DNA from: an uncultured Flavobacteriales bacterium
GTDB lineage: Bacteria > Bacteroidota > Bacteroidia > Flavobacteriales_D > Crocinitomicaceae
Assembly (NCBI GenBank): GCA_903935095.1
Contig: CAIZQH010000017.1
Span: 12,215 to 76,214 of the forward strand
Length of the DNA: 64,000 bases
Direction of reading: 5' to 3'
Below the pieces are notes generated by a model, which saw nothing but the letters and a program-made list of their open reading frames with translations, did no database searches and was not told the DNA's origin. Below are positions 39,638-49,325 of this stretch, one piece after another. A program made the position numbers and the translations under genes. Each line of letters begins with the position of its first letter. Within the stretch, counting starts at the first letter, position 1.

Positions 39638-40054
39638 ATGAACACAAAATCGAAAATCGGGGTATTTATTTTAGCGACTAGCTCCATGCTTGGATATAGC
39701 GTTAACTTATTTGCCAATCCAATCTTACCAAAGAAACCGATTTCACGTATTTGTGTAGTTGAAGGACAGACATTATACCAAATAGCAAAGTCGAGCCAGC
39801 TCACTCTTCGACAATTATACAAATTCAACGATTTTAGTCCTTTATCCGATGTATTGGAGCCAGGAACAAGCGTTTTTTTAGAACAGAAAAAAAGGAAATC
39901 AACTCAAAAAGAGTTTGTTATAGTGGATAACTCCGCCACACTTCGTCAGATTGCCAACCAAGAAGGTATTCGACTGAAATCACTGACGAGAATGAATCAA
40001 GGTTCTTCTCCGGACGAACAACTACCGAAAGGAGAAAAGGTATTCCTTCGCTAA
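39638..40054 (+). CDS. secreted protein with two LysM peptidoglycan-binding domains
   Basis: 138 aa with a signal peptide. The two LysM repeats are VVEGQTLYQIAKSSQLTLRQLYKFN and IVDNSATLRQIANQEGIRLKSLTRMN. Confidence 0.8.
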   Translation: MNTKSKIGVFILATSSMLGYSVNLFANPILPKKPISRICVVEGQTLYQIAKSSQLTLRQLYKFNDFSPLSDVLEPGTSVFLEQKKRKSTQKEFVIVDNSATLRQIANQEGIRLKSLTRMNQGSSPDEQLPKGEKVFLR

Positions 40055-40094
40055 CTTGCATGGCAAGTGAAGGAATTTGTTTGTTGTTTGTTAT

Positions 40095-40120
40095 AAAGTC
40101 CCGCTCGTCGGGACTTTTTA
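40095..40120 (+). terminator. rho-independent terminator
   Basis: GTCCCG-CTCGT-CGGGAC followed by T5. Confidence 0.7.
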
Positions 40121-40229
40121 GTTTTTCACCATTTACTTCTTGAACAAATCGAATGGAAGGCTGTTTTAAACTGATTACATCAAACTGTTTTGTTTTATAT
40201 TTTCTATTTTTACTGCAACCTTTCATTTT

Positions 40230-41528
40230 ATGAAGATCGTTTTATTCACCTTATTTGCGTTCAATTTCACCGTCTCTTTTTCCCAATTAGGAAATACGAT
40301 GTTCGGGCTTGCGCGTAGCACGAATCCTGCAGCAGTTTACATTGCAACAATGGATCCGGTAACAGGTGTGGCAACGAATATTAGTCTAAGTTCTGTATCA
40401 TCCTCGATCAATTTAACAGGGGCAGCATTGAATCCATATAACAATCACTATTGTTTTTTTGGCGACAACGGACTAAAATCGATTGATTTATCGACAGGAC
40501 AACTCACGAACACCGCGACGATTAACAACCCGAATGGAACTGGATACTTTGATTTATTTCGCTTCAATACCTCCGATTCATTAATGTATGGATTATCGAG
40601 AAGAAACATCACCAATCCACAAACGGGACAAGTTACCGGATCGATGTATTTAGCAAGAATCGATGAACTAACTGGAACAGTAACCGAAATTTCACCGAGT
40701 TCCATTGGACAAGGATTTGCTTTATCCGGAAGTGCGATTGACCCACATCAAATGGTTTTTTACTATGCTAGTGGATCGCAACTTATTGGAATAGACATGT
40801 ACAACGGAAGTATTTATTCAAATCCAACATTGACTTTTCCGAACGGCGGACAGAACTTTGATAATTTCACGTATAGCTGTGCGGATACCTCGTTATATGG
40901 TTTAGTACGAACGAACTATTATTCGTCCGTATTTAATCCTATCACTGGAGTGACAACGCAGGTTTTTGATTCAGCTGCAGTTCATCTTGGAAAAGTGAAT
41001 GCGTTGACGGGAGAAGTAACGAAAATCAGCACCCAATCTATTGGCGTGAATTCCTTTTCAGTAAATGGAAGTTCAACGATTGATCCAGTAAATCTGATTT
41101 ACTATTTCATCAGTGGTTCGTCAGGTGGTGGACTGTCAATTTATGGTGTTTCGTTAACATCTGGATTAGTAGTGAGTCAAGGAACGATGAGCAATGCTGG
41201 CGCGCAGTATTTCGACATGATGCGTATTCAGAGTGATTGTTATGAATCGCGCCCAACTCGACTTGCACCATCTTCAAACATACAAGAAACATTAGCAAGC
41301 ACAAATAAAGTGAACGTTTTTCCGAATCCATTCACTGATCAAATCACGATTTCAAGTGAGGCGGAATTTCAAAAAATCGAACTCATTCAAGCGAATGGAC
41401 AAGTTTTAAACAGTGCTATTGTTTCTGGTAAAGAATTCACTTTCGAAACAAGTCAATTAATAAACGGCATCTATTTTCTTCAAGTAACGAATCTGGAAGG
41501 CATAGAAATCATCAAAATCATCAAATAG
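40230..41528 (+). CDS. T9SS type-A C-terminal sorting domain protein with three internal ~100-aa repeats
   Basis: 432 aa. Signal peptide MKIVLFTLFAFNFTVSFSQ. Repeats are marked by (M/L)(F/Y)GL.R....TG..T.IS. C-terminal VNVFPNPFTDQITIS..NGIYFLQV..IIKIIK is the por-secretion CTD pattern. Confidence 0.8.
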   Translation: MKIVLFTLFAFNFTVSFSQLGNTMFGLARSTNPAAVYIATMDPVTGVATNISLSSVSSSINLTGAALNPYNNHYCFFGDNGLKSIDLSTGQLTNTATINNPNGTGYFDLFRFNTSDSLMYGLSRRNITNPQTGQVTGSMYLARIDELTGTVTEISPSSIGQGFALSGSAIDPHQMVFYYASGSQLIGIDMYNGSIYSNPTLTFPNGGQNFDNFTYSCADTSLYGLVRTNYYSSVFNPITGVTTQVFDSAAVHLGKVNALTGEVTKISTQSIGVNSFSVNGSSTIDPVNLIYYFISGSSGGGLSIYGVSLTSGLVVSQGTMSNAGAQYFDMMRIQSDCYESRPTRLAPSSNIQETLASTNKVNVFPNPFTDQITISSEAEFQKIELIQANGQVLNSAIVSGKEFTFETSQLINGIYFLQVTNLEGIEIIKIIK

Positions 41529-41548
41529 AAAACCTGATAACCATCGGT

Positions 41549-42583
41549 ATGAAAAAACTAAAATACCTCAGCGTACTTTCCCTTCCTGTTTGTGTTTGGA
41601 TCAGTTTTCATGGAACAGGTATACTTACGTTTATTCCCGCTATTATTTATTTTGGCGCCATTCCATTTTTAGAATTGATTATTCGTTCATCTACTGAGAA
41701 TTTATCAGAACAAGAAAAAGAATTGGCGAGTAAGGATCCCTTTTATACGATTCTACTATGTTTGATGCTCCCTATTCAACTTGGATTTCTATGGTTTTTC
41801 TTGACGCACATTACCGAGACGACAAACACGTCGGACTTGTTTGGACAAATTCTTTCCATGGGTATCATGTGTGGGGTGATTGGCATCAACATTGGTCATG
41901 AACTTGGTCATCGTTCCAATCGACTCGAACAACTCATTGGAGAATTGCTTTTATTGACCTCTTTGGAAAATCACTTTGTTCCATACCACAACCGTGGACA
42001 TCACACCAATGTTGGAACGAAGAAAGATCCTGCAACCGCTCGAAGAAACGAATGGGTGTATCTATTTTGGTTTCGATCTCAAATCGGAAGTTACATACAA
42101 GCATGGCAAATTGAAAATACACGAATGAGCATCATCGGAAAATCACCATTCAGTTTTCAGCACAAAATGATTCAGTACACCTTGCTTCACTTCCTTTTTC
42201 TTGCTGCTATTTACAGCGTATTCGGTGGAATGGTATTGGTTTACTTCCTTTATGCAGCAACAATTGGGATTTTATTATTGGAAACGGTGAACTACATCGA
42301 GCATTATGGTTTGTACCGCCAACAACGCGAAAATGGAACCTTTGAAACCGTGAAAAGAAAACACTCTTGGAATTCCAATCACCTGATTGGACGAATTGTT
42401 TTGTTTGAATTAAGCCGTCATTCTGATCATCATTTCAAAGCCGATCGTCCTTATCAATTATTGGAGACTTCTGATGATTCGCCAGTCATGCCAACAGGCT
42501 ATCCAGGAATGATGTTGCTGTCGTTTTTCCCTCCCCTATTCTTTTGGGTCATGAACAAACGCGTGGACGCAGCCTTAAAATAA
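41549..42583 (+). CDS. AlkB-like integral-membrane alkane/fatty-acid hydroxylase (fatty acid desaturase superfamily)
   Basis: 344 aa. His boxes HELGHR, HNRGHH, NYIEHYGL and SRHSDHH are arranged as in alkane 1-monooxygenase. Confidence 0.7.
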   Translation: MKKLKYLSVLSLPVCVWISFHGTGILTFIPAIIYFGAIPFLELIIRSSTENLSEQEKELASKDPFYTILLCLMLPIQLGFLWFFLTHITETTNTSDLFGQILSMGIMCGVIGINIGHELGHRSNRLEQLIGELLLLTSLENHFVPYHNRGHHTNVGTKKDPATARRNEWVYLFWFRSQIGSYIQAWQIENTRMSIIGKSPFSFQHKMIQYTLLHFLFLAAIYSVFGGMVLVYFLYAATIGILLLETVNYIEHYGLYRQQRENGTFETVKRKHSWNSNHLIGRIVLFELSRHSDHHFKADRPYQLLETSDDSPVMPTGYPGMMLLSFFPPLFFWVMNKRVDAALK

Positions 42584-43492
42584 CTTCTGACGCTTTAATA
42601 GGTATTGAAGGAGTACTTGATTGTATCCTTCGTGGATATCAGCCTGCATAAAGTCGATGCGGTGATTCACGCAACGCATTTTTATCTCGTTGAAATACGC
42701 TTCAATTCCTTTGACATACTGTTCGCGTACCTCCGCCGGTTGCAAATGCATTTTCTCCCCAGACTCCATATCGATTAATTGATACGGACGGTTTTCCAAT
42801 TCAAAGTTCAACTCCATTTTAGCATCCAGGACATGAAATAAAATCACCTCATGCTTATTGTGTTTTAAATGCTGCATGGCTCTAAAAAATTCATCGATGC
42901 GATTTGGATCATCCAATAAATCGGTGAAAATTACCACCAAACTTCGTTGATGTGTCAACTCAGAAATGTCGTGAAGTGCTTGAACCGCATCTGTTCCGGT
43001 TCGACCATTCTCCTCGTAATCCTTCATGCGCTTCTCCAATTCACTATATAGATATCGGTGGTGAAGCAAAGATGATTTTGCGGCTGTATGTAGATCTAAC
43101 TTATCCGAAAATACTGATAATCCGACTGCATCGCGCTGACGTTTTAACAATTCTATTAAACTCGCTGCAGCATAGACAGAAAACTCAAATTTGGTTAAGC
43201 TGCCTTTGGGAAAGAACATGGAACTTGAACCATCGATAACGATTTGACAACGTAAATTTGTTTCCTCTTCGTACTTCTTGGTGAACATCTTCTCTGTTCG
43301 TCCAAAAAGACGCCAATCGATGTTTCGCGTGGACTCGCCAGGATTGTACAAGCGATGTTCAGCAAACTCTACGGAAAAGCCATGAAAAGGACTCTTATGT
43401 AATCCGGTAATAAATCCTTCAACGACTTGCTTTGCCAACACTTCTAAGTTGCCAAATTGCGCTAAGCGTAGTCTATCGATGCTTGGATTCAT
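42575..43492 (-). CDS. DUF58 domain protein (vWA-like, MoxR-operon family)
   Basis: FHGFSVEFAEHRLYNPGESTRNIDWRLFGRTEKMFTKKYEEETN..VIDGSSSM is the typical DUF58 pattern. I set the start at the ATG at 43492. The stop overlaps the alkB-like stop by 9 nt (convergent). Confidence 0.75.
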   Translation of the reverse strand: MNPSIDRLRLAQFGNLEVLAKQVVEGFITGLHKSPFHGFSVEFAEHRLYNPGESTRNIDWRLFGRTEKMFTKKYEEETNLRCQIVIDGSSSMFFPKGSLTKFEFSVYAAASLIELLKRQRDAVGLSVFSDKLDLHTAAKSSLLHHRYLYSELEKRMKDYEENGRTGTDAVQALHDISELTHQRSLVVIFTDLLDDPNRIDEFFRAMQHLKHNKHEVILFHVLDAKMELNFELENRPYQLIDMESGEKMHLQPAEVREQYVKGIEAYFNEIKMRCVNHRIDFMQADIHEGYNQVLLQYLLKRQKLF

Positions 43493-43586
43493 TCCCGTAA
43501 GTGTTTGAACAAAAATAAACAATAATCAACGTTTCTGCGCAACCAAATTAGAATCGACACGTCATTGGACTATAAATCAATTCGAT

Positions 43587-46073
43587 ATGAAAAAATTATA
43601 CATCAAAAGTATTGCCTTAACCGTGTTGTTTTTGGCAAATGTGGTTTCCTTTCGCGCGCAGGTAATTGGATTCGCTATAAATGGACTAACGACTCCAACT
43701 ACGATGCCCACAACCATTTGTGGTTTAACCGCAAACATCAGTTTTTCTGCCTTGACTCCAAGTACGAGTTCAGCGGGAACAGCGACGCTTCCATATGTGA
43801 TTCAAGGAAATAATTTCTCTGGATTTCAATTTGTATCCCAAGTCAATTGGGGTGATGGTGTCATAACTACGTCCAATGGTGGAACATCTACAAGCGGTAC
43901 AAATATACCCATGTCACCAGCAATTACGCATACGTATGCCACACCAGGTTCGTACTACATACATACATCGGTGTACAATCCATCCAATCAAATGTATGCG
44001 TCGGACTCTGTTATTTTAACAGTAGGATCTTGTACCGCTTACTTTTATTGCATGATTCAAGTAGATTGTAACAATGACGGAACAATTGATTCTCAAATCA
44101 ACGCACCGGTTCCAGTGATATTAACGAATGGTATCAATTCTTACACGGACACTACCCAAAATAATATGTTCATGATGAACAATATATGGGCGGGAACCTA
44201 TACCTTATCGATTGATTCAAATTGGTTAGCGGCGAATAATTATGTGATTGGGAATATTATTCCAAGTCCCACAGTTACCGTTGGTGGTGGAACAACTACA
44301 ACAACTCTCATTACCTTAAATTGTGCATCACAAACCACTATGTTGTGTGCGACTGGGCAAGTATATTGTGATGCAAATGACAATGGAATGATGGATAATG
44401 GTGAAACACCTATTGCGAATGCGCCAATCTCCGTAAATGGAACGGTTGCTTATTCCAATGCAAATGGCTTTTACACCATTACTTATCCAGGAATAGTGAA
44501 CGATACATTTGCACTTACCATGAATTCAAATTGGTTAATACAACATGGATATGTCATCCTAAATAACAGTGGAAATAATGTGACCAACATTATAGGAACG
44601 CCATGCAACAGTGGAATTCCCATCAACACCATCAACTTCCCACTTAGTTGTGGAGGAATAGTAACTCCAACGATGTGTTATTCTGGATTCGTTTTCTGTG
44701 ATGCAAACGGAAATGGCGTGATGAACGCAAATGAGGCGCCACTCGCAGGTGTTCCAGTGATGTTATATAACACGATCTCTACCGCAAGTTCAATCACCGT
44801 TTATACCGACTCAACTGGATACTTCACCTATTGTGGTCAATATAGTACAAGCACCTATTTAATTGCAACAATCAGTCAATCGTGGTTAACCTATAATGGA
44901 TACAATCCAAACATTGGTGTCATTACATTGATTGGAAGTCCAGCTGGGACGACTAGCACCGGTTACTTCGCGATAAATTGTGGTGGAACAACGACAACAT
45001 GCGCAGACTTGTGGACGACAGTGACACCTTGGATTGGTTATTACCAAAACAGCACTGCATATGTGAAGATTAACTGGGGGAATTATGGTCCAGGAGCAGC
45101 AGGAAACTATACCTTAACGATGAGCATCCCAGCAGGAGTTACGGTAAATGCATCTTCCATTGCTAATGGAGGTACCGTTAGTGGAAATACCATTACGTGG
45201 AATTTATCTTCGGCTTCAAGCTTCTTCAGCAATTACGATGTGATTACGTTTAACGTACCTGGTGGACTTACCTCAGGAACTGCTCATTATTTCACTTCTA
45301 CGATTGCACCGACAAGTGGAACAGATTGTTCTACCGTTAACAACGCTGGAAGCTTACTTCAATTAGTTGGAAATAGCTATGATCCAAATGACAAAGTAGT
45401 TGCTCGTCCGGCCTCAACCATTCAAACAGTGGGAGACCAAGTGAGTTCCTTAGATTATGCAACTCAAGAAACCTTAACATACACCATTCGTTTCCAGAAC
45501 ACAGGAACCGCACCGGCTCAGAACATCTACATCATCGATACTTTAGATGCAGATTTAGATTGGTCAACTTTCACACGAGTAGAAGCTACACATCACATGG
45601 AAATTGTCAATCTTGGCAACGGAGTGATACGTTTTGAATTCCCAAGTATTTGGCTCGCAGACAGTACAACGAATGAACCAGAAAGTCACGGGCATTTGGT
45701 TTATAGCATTAGAGAGAATGCCTCAGCTACAGTTGGTACAGAAATTGAGAATACTGCTTACATATTTTTTGACTGGAACGATCCAATCGTTACCAATACA
45801 ACGTATAATATAAACGTTATTGGCAGCGAGGGTTTAACAGACAATAATGCAACGAATGTGCAGGTATTCCCAAATCCATCAAGTGAGTCTATCACCATTT
45901 CTTGCGAGGGTAACTTTAACTATCAACTCGTTGATTTGGCGGGAAGAATCATTTCTAGCGGAACCGGAACCGATTCAGAAAACATTTCTATTTCCAATGC
46001 AGCAGTTGGGATTTACCAATTGAACGTTCAAACGAAGCAAGGTAATTCAAGCTTGAAAGTGATGAAACAATAA
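43587..46073 (+). CDS. large T9SS type-A cargo protein with three SdrD-B/Cna-B-like modules and a DUF11-like repeat
   Basis: 828 aa with a signal peptide. There are three modules of the form C.(V/F).CDANDNG..D..E.P....PV.L (for example GQVYCDANDNGMMDNGETPIANAPISV). LTYTIRFQNTGTAPAQNIYIIDTLD is also present. The C-terminus is VQVFPNPSSESITIS..GIYQLNV. Confidence 0.8.
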   Translation: MKKLYIKSIALTVLFLANVVSFRAQVIGFAINGLTTPTTMPTTICGLTANISFSALTPSTSSAGTATLPYVIQGNNFSGFQFVSQVNWGDGVITTSNGGTSTSGTNIPMSPAITHTYATPGSYYIHTSVYNPSNQMYASDSVILTVGSCTAYFYCMIQVDCNNDGTIDSQINAPVPVILTNGINSYTDTTQNNMFMMNNIWAGTYTLSIDSNWLAANNYVIGNIIPSPTVTVGGGTTTTTLITLNCASQTTMLCATGQVYCDANDNGMMDNGETPIANAPISVNGTVAYSNANGFYTITYPGIVNDTFALTMNSNWLIQHGYVILNNSGNNVTNIIGTPCNSGIPINTINFPLSCGGIVTPTMCYSGFVFCDANGNGVMNANEAPLAGVPVMLYNTISTASSITVYTDSTGYFTYCGQYSTSTYLIATISQSWLTYNGYNPNIGVITLIGSPAGTTSTGYFAINCGGTTTTCADLWTTVTPWIGYYQNSTAYVKINWGNYGPGAAGNYTLTMSIPAGVTVNASSIANGGTVSGNTITWNLSSASSFFSNYDVITFNVPGGLTSGTAHYFTSTIAPTSGTDCSTVNNAGSLLQLVGNSYDPNDKVVARPASTIQTVGDQVSSLDYATQETLTYTIRFQNTGTAPAQNIYIIDTLDADLDWSTFTRVEATHHMEIVNLGNGVIRFEFPSIWLADSTTNEPESHGHLVYSIRENASATVGTEIENTAYIFFDWNDPIVTNTTYNINVIGSEGLTDNNATNVQVFPNPSSESITISCEGNFNYQLVDLAGRIISSGTGTDSENISISNAAVGIYQLNVQTKQGNSSLKVMKQ

Positions 46074-46093
46074 CTCATTTTTAACAAGATCTT

Positions 46094-46128
46094 AAAAAAA
46101 CGCTCATTTACTTGGGCGTTTTTTTTTG
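46094..46128 (+). terminator. rho-independent terminator
   Basis: A7-CGCTC-ATTTACTT-GGGCG-T9. Confidence 0.7.
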
Positions 46129-46140
46129 TACCTTGCATCC

Positions 46141-47022
46141 GTGAACGAAATCAAAAAAACAGCGACAAAAACAGCCATTCTGAGCATCATTACGAACTCA
46201 GTCATGGCCGGAGTAAAAGGTACTGCTGGAGTATTTGGACATTCGGATGCATTGATTGCCGATGCCATTGAATCGACAGCCGATATTTTTTCTAGTTTCT
46301 TGGTGTTGTTCGGATTGAATTACTCCACAAAACCAGCCGATGAAGACCATCCATACGGACATGGAAAAGCGGAAGCACTTGTAACCTTCGCCGTGGTTGG
46401 ATTCTTGCTTATTTCAGCGACCATCATTGCGGTAGAAAGCATTCGAAACTTAAGCGAAGTACAAGAAAAACCTGCCTTTTTCACCTTATATGTCCTAGGA
46501 GCGATTATCATTATCAAAGAACTTTCCTTTCAATATGTGAATCGTAAAGCGAAAGAAACCAATTCATCTTCTCTGAAAGCCGATGCTTGGCACCATAGAA
46601 GTGATGCCATTTCCTCTGGAATTGCGTTTATTGGGATTTCACTCACCTTCATCTTCGGAAAAGGATTTGAGAAAGCGGATGATTGGGCTGCATTGGTCGC
46701 TTCTGTATTTATCGTATACAATGCATTTTTAATCTTTCGTCCAGCACTTGGCGAAATCATGGACGAACACATTCACCACGACCTGATTGATGAAATTCGA
46801 ATGCATTCGATGGAAGTTCCAGGGGTGATTGATACGGAAAAATGTTTGGTGCGTAAAACGGGAATGGTCTACATTGTTGATTTACATGTAGAAGTAGCCG
46901 GGGATATCAGCGTGTTTGACGGACATGAAATCTCCCATCGATTGAAAGACCATTTAATGGAATGCATCCCAACAATTGCCGATGTGTTGATTCACATTGA
47001 ACCAGCGAGACAAACGAATTAG
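46141..47022 (+). CDS. cation diffusion facilitator (CDF) family metal efflux transporter
   Basis: SIITNSVMAGVKGTAGVFGHSDALIADAIESTADIF..DEDHPYGHGKAEAL..WHHRSDAISS. The start is uncertain. The TTG at 46126 lies inside the upstream terminator T-run, so I prefer the in-frame GTG at 46141. Confidence 0.8.
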   Translation: MNEIKKTATKTAILSIITNSVMAGVKGTAGVFGHSDALIADAIESTADIFSSFLVLFGLNYSTKPADEDHPYGHGKAEALVTFAVVGFLLISATIIAVESIRNLSEVQEKPAFFTLYVLGAIIIIKELSFQYVNRKAKETNSSSLKADAWHHRSDAISSGIAFIGISLTFIFGKGFEKADDWAALVASVFIVYNAFLIFRPALGEIMDEHIHHDLIDEIRMHSMEVPGVIDTEKCLVRKTGMVYIVDLHVEVAGDISVFDGHEISHRLKDHLMECIPTIADVLIHIEPARQTN

Positions 47023-47023
47023 G

Positions 47024-47368
47024 CTATCCTTTTTTCTTCGTTTGCGTGTAGCCTTCCTTTACGAGTAAATCATAGATTTTATCCTTGAAATTACCTTGAA
47101 TCAAAATCTCATTGTCCTTTACGGTACCTCCTACTCCACATTTACTTTTTAATAATTTCCCCAGATCTTTTAAATCGTCTTCCGTTCCTGTAAATCCTTC
47201 GATCAATGTCACTTCCTTTCCAGCGCGCTGTTTGCGGTCAATGGAAACGTATAAACGCTGTTGGTTATTCGGAAGTGTATCTTGTTCTTCTTCCTCATCA
47301 TGTTGAAATTGAAAATCTGGATTGGTTGAATAAACAACATTAACACGGCTCTTTTCTTTCTTTGACAT
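47024..47368 (-). CDS. SUI1/YciH-family translation initiation factor
   Basis: MSKKEKSRVNVVYSTNPDF..LYVSIDRKQRAGKEVTLIEGF..LKSKCGVGGTVKDNEILIQG. I set the start at the ATG at 47368. Confidence 0.85.
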   Translation of the reverse strand: MSKKEKSRVNVVYSTNPDFQFQHDEEEEQDTLPNNQQRLYVSIDRKQRAGKEVTLIEGFTGTEDDLKDLGKLLKSKCGVGGTVKDNEILIQGNFKDKIYDLLVKEGYTQTKKKG

Positions 47369-47457
47369 GGAACAAAAATACAAACAACCCTGAAATCCAG
47401 CGACATTTTACAATATTTTCATCAATTTGGAGTTAAGGATTATGCTAAATCCTCTAC

Positions 47458-48165
47458 ATGAAAATACCACATTCCTATCAGCAACATTCCTCTATTAAAA
47501 TGTGGGCGGAGGACGATCGTCCACGTGAAAAATTACTACTTAAAGGCAAAGCCAGCTTGTCGGATGCTGAATTACTGGCCATCCTTATTGGCTCTGGATA
47601 CCGTAATAAGAGTGCCTTGGACTTAGCCAAAGAACTTTTGTCGCAATGCCAACAAGATTGGCATTTACTCGCTAAAACCACCGTTCATGATCTGACCAAA
47701 ATCAAAGGATTCGGTCCGGCAAAAGCAATCCTCATCATCGCTGCATTGGAAATTGGAAAGCGCAGAGAAGCTCACTTGATTCCCGTTAAAACAAAAGTTC
47801 GCAATTCGAAAATGATTTATGATCATCTGAAGCATCGCTTTTACGGTCTTCCACATGAAGAATTTTACGTCGTTTACCTCAATTTCGCGAATGAAATCAT
47901 CGACACCGTGCAATTATCCAAAGGTGGTATGACCAGTACCGTCGTGGATGGGAAAATCCTGTTTCATCATGCACTGAATTGTCAAGCTACCGGATTCATC
48001 GTCACCCATAATCACCCAAGTGGGAATTGCTATGCTAGTGATTCTGATAAAAATCTGACCTATAACCTGCGTGACTTTGCAAAACTTGTAGATATGCAGT
48101 TACTAGACCACCTCATTTTCACGGATAATGGTTATTTTAGCTTCGCCGATGAAGGCCTTCTGTAA
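47458..48165 (+). CDS. radC: RadC-family JAB-domain protein
   Basis: 235 aa. DRPREKLLLKGKASLSDAELLAILIGSG..HhH region, then the JAMM motif VTHNHPSGNCYASDSD. Confidence 0.9.
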   Translation: MKIPHSYQQHSSIKMWAEDDRPREKLLLKGKASLSDAELLAILIGSGYRNKSALDLAKELLSQCQQDWHLLAKTTVHDLTKIKGFGPAKAILIIAALEIGKRREAHLIPVKTKVRNSKMIYDHLKHRFYGLPHEEFYVVYLNFANEIIDTVQLSKGGMTSTVVDGKILFHHALNCQATGFIVTHNHPSGNCYASDSDKNLTYNLRDFAKLVDMQLLDHLIFTDNGYFSFADEGLL

Positions 48166-48167
48166 AT

Positions 48168-49325
48168 ATGCCACTAAAAAAAATCATTACCGTCATTGGG
48201 GCTCGTCCTCAAATCATTAAAGCAGCAGCGATAAGCAGAGCTATATCCCATCATTTTTCTCACCAAATGGAAGAGTTCATTGTCCATACAGGACAACACT
48301 ACGATGAAAATATGTCCGAAGTATTTTTTGATGAACTTGGTATTCCAAAGCCCGCCTTCAATTTGAATGTTGGAAGCGGTTCACATGGATCTATGACAGC
48401 AAAAATGTTGGAGGGACTAGAATCCTTATTTACACGTGAGAAACCAGACGCTGTTCTTGTTTATGGCGACACCAATTCAACCATCGCTGCGGCTTTAGCT
48501 GCGGCAAAAATTCACATTCCCGTTATTCATGTAGAAGCCGGACTTCGCAGCTATAACAAAGCAATGCCTGAGGAAATCAATCGCATCGCATGTGACCACA
48601 TGAGTTCTTTATTGTTCTCGCCAACGCGCGCTGGGATGGAAAACTTAAAAAAAGAAGGATTTGAGTTAACTACAGTCCAAAAAGCAACCATTGATCGTCC
48701 AAACGTTTACCATTGCGGTGATGTCATGTACGATAATAGTTTATTTTTCTCAGAGCTTTCAGAAGAGAAATCTACCGTTTTGGAGAGGAACGATTTACAT
48801 AAAAATCAATTTATTCTTTGCACGATTCACCGTGATACCAACACCGATGATGCGGAGCACTTGAACGCAATTTTCAATGCCTTGATTCGCATTCAATACG
48901 ATAGCAAACTAGACCTTATTTTACCTCTTCATCCCCGTACAAAAAAGAAAATGGATGAATTATTAAGTCCTCAACTGTTGAGTAAAATAGCGCAGTTAAG
49001 TGGAATCAAAATCATTCCCCCTGCTGGATTCTTGGATATTATCTCCTTAGAAAAACATGCGCGCTTGATAATTACGGATAGTGGTGGACTGCAAAAAGAA
49101 GCCTTTTTCTTTAAAAAACCATGTGTCATTTTAAGGGAACAAACCGAGTGGATAGAAATTGTTGAGAATGGCAATGCCTGTTTAGCAGGTTCAAACGAAG
49201 AATTGATTGTTCGTCAGAGCCTTCAAATGCTATCGAAATCAGACTTTAGTCACCCGGATCTATTTGGTGATGGTCAAGCAGCAACATTCATTTGTGAAAA
49301 AATCTTAGGAGAATTGCTATGCTAA
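48168..49325 (+). CDS. wecB: UDP-N-acetylglucosamine 2-epimerase (non-hydrolysing)
   Basis: 385 aa. GARPQIIK..HTGQHYD..VLVYGDTNST..HVEAGLRS..PEEINR..TDSGGLQKEA. Confidence 0.92.
   Translation: MPLKKIITVIGARPQIIKAAAISRAISHHFSHQMEEFIVHTGQHYDENMSEVFFDELGIPKPAFNLNVGSGSHGSMTAKMLEGLESLFTREKPDAVLVYGDTNSTIAAALAAAKIHIPVIHVEAGLRSYNKAMPEEINRIACDHMSSLLFSPTRAGMENLKKEGFELTTVQKATIDRPNVYHCGDVMYDNSLFFSELSEEKSTVLERNDLHKNQFILCTIHRDTNTDDAEHLNAIFNALIRIQYDSKLDLILPLHPRTKKKMDELLSPQLLSKIAQLSGIKIIPPAGFLDIISLEKHARLIITDSGGLQKEAFFFKKPCVILREQTEWIEIVENGNACLAGSNEELIVRQSLQMLSKSDFSHPDLFGDGQAATFICEKILGELLC

Noticed and set aside
43565-43813. 82-aa ORF overlapping the start of the large T9SS cargo gene in another frame.
   Set aside because: The overlapping 828-aa frame has a proper signal peptide and recognisable domains. 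The 82-aa ORF has no features and an implausible composition.
46126-46140. TTG start codons proposed by the ORF track for the CDF transporter (46126) and, similarly, for the M3 peptidase (56891).
   Set aside because: Both lie within the T-run or stem of the preceding rho-independent terminators. Downstream in-frame GTG (46141) and ATG (56912) starts keep the conserved domains intact.
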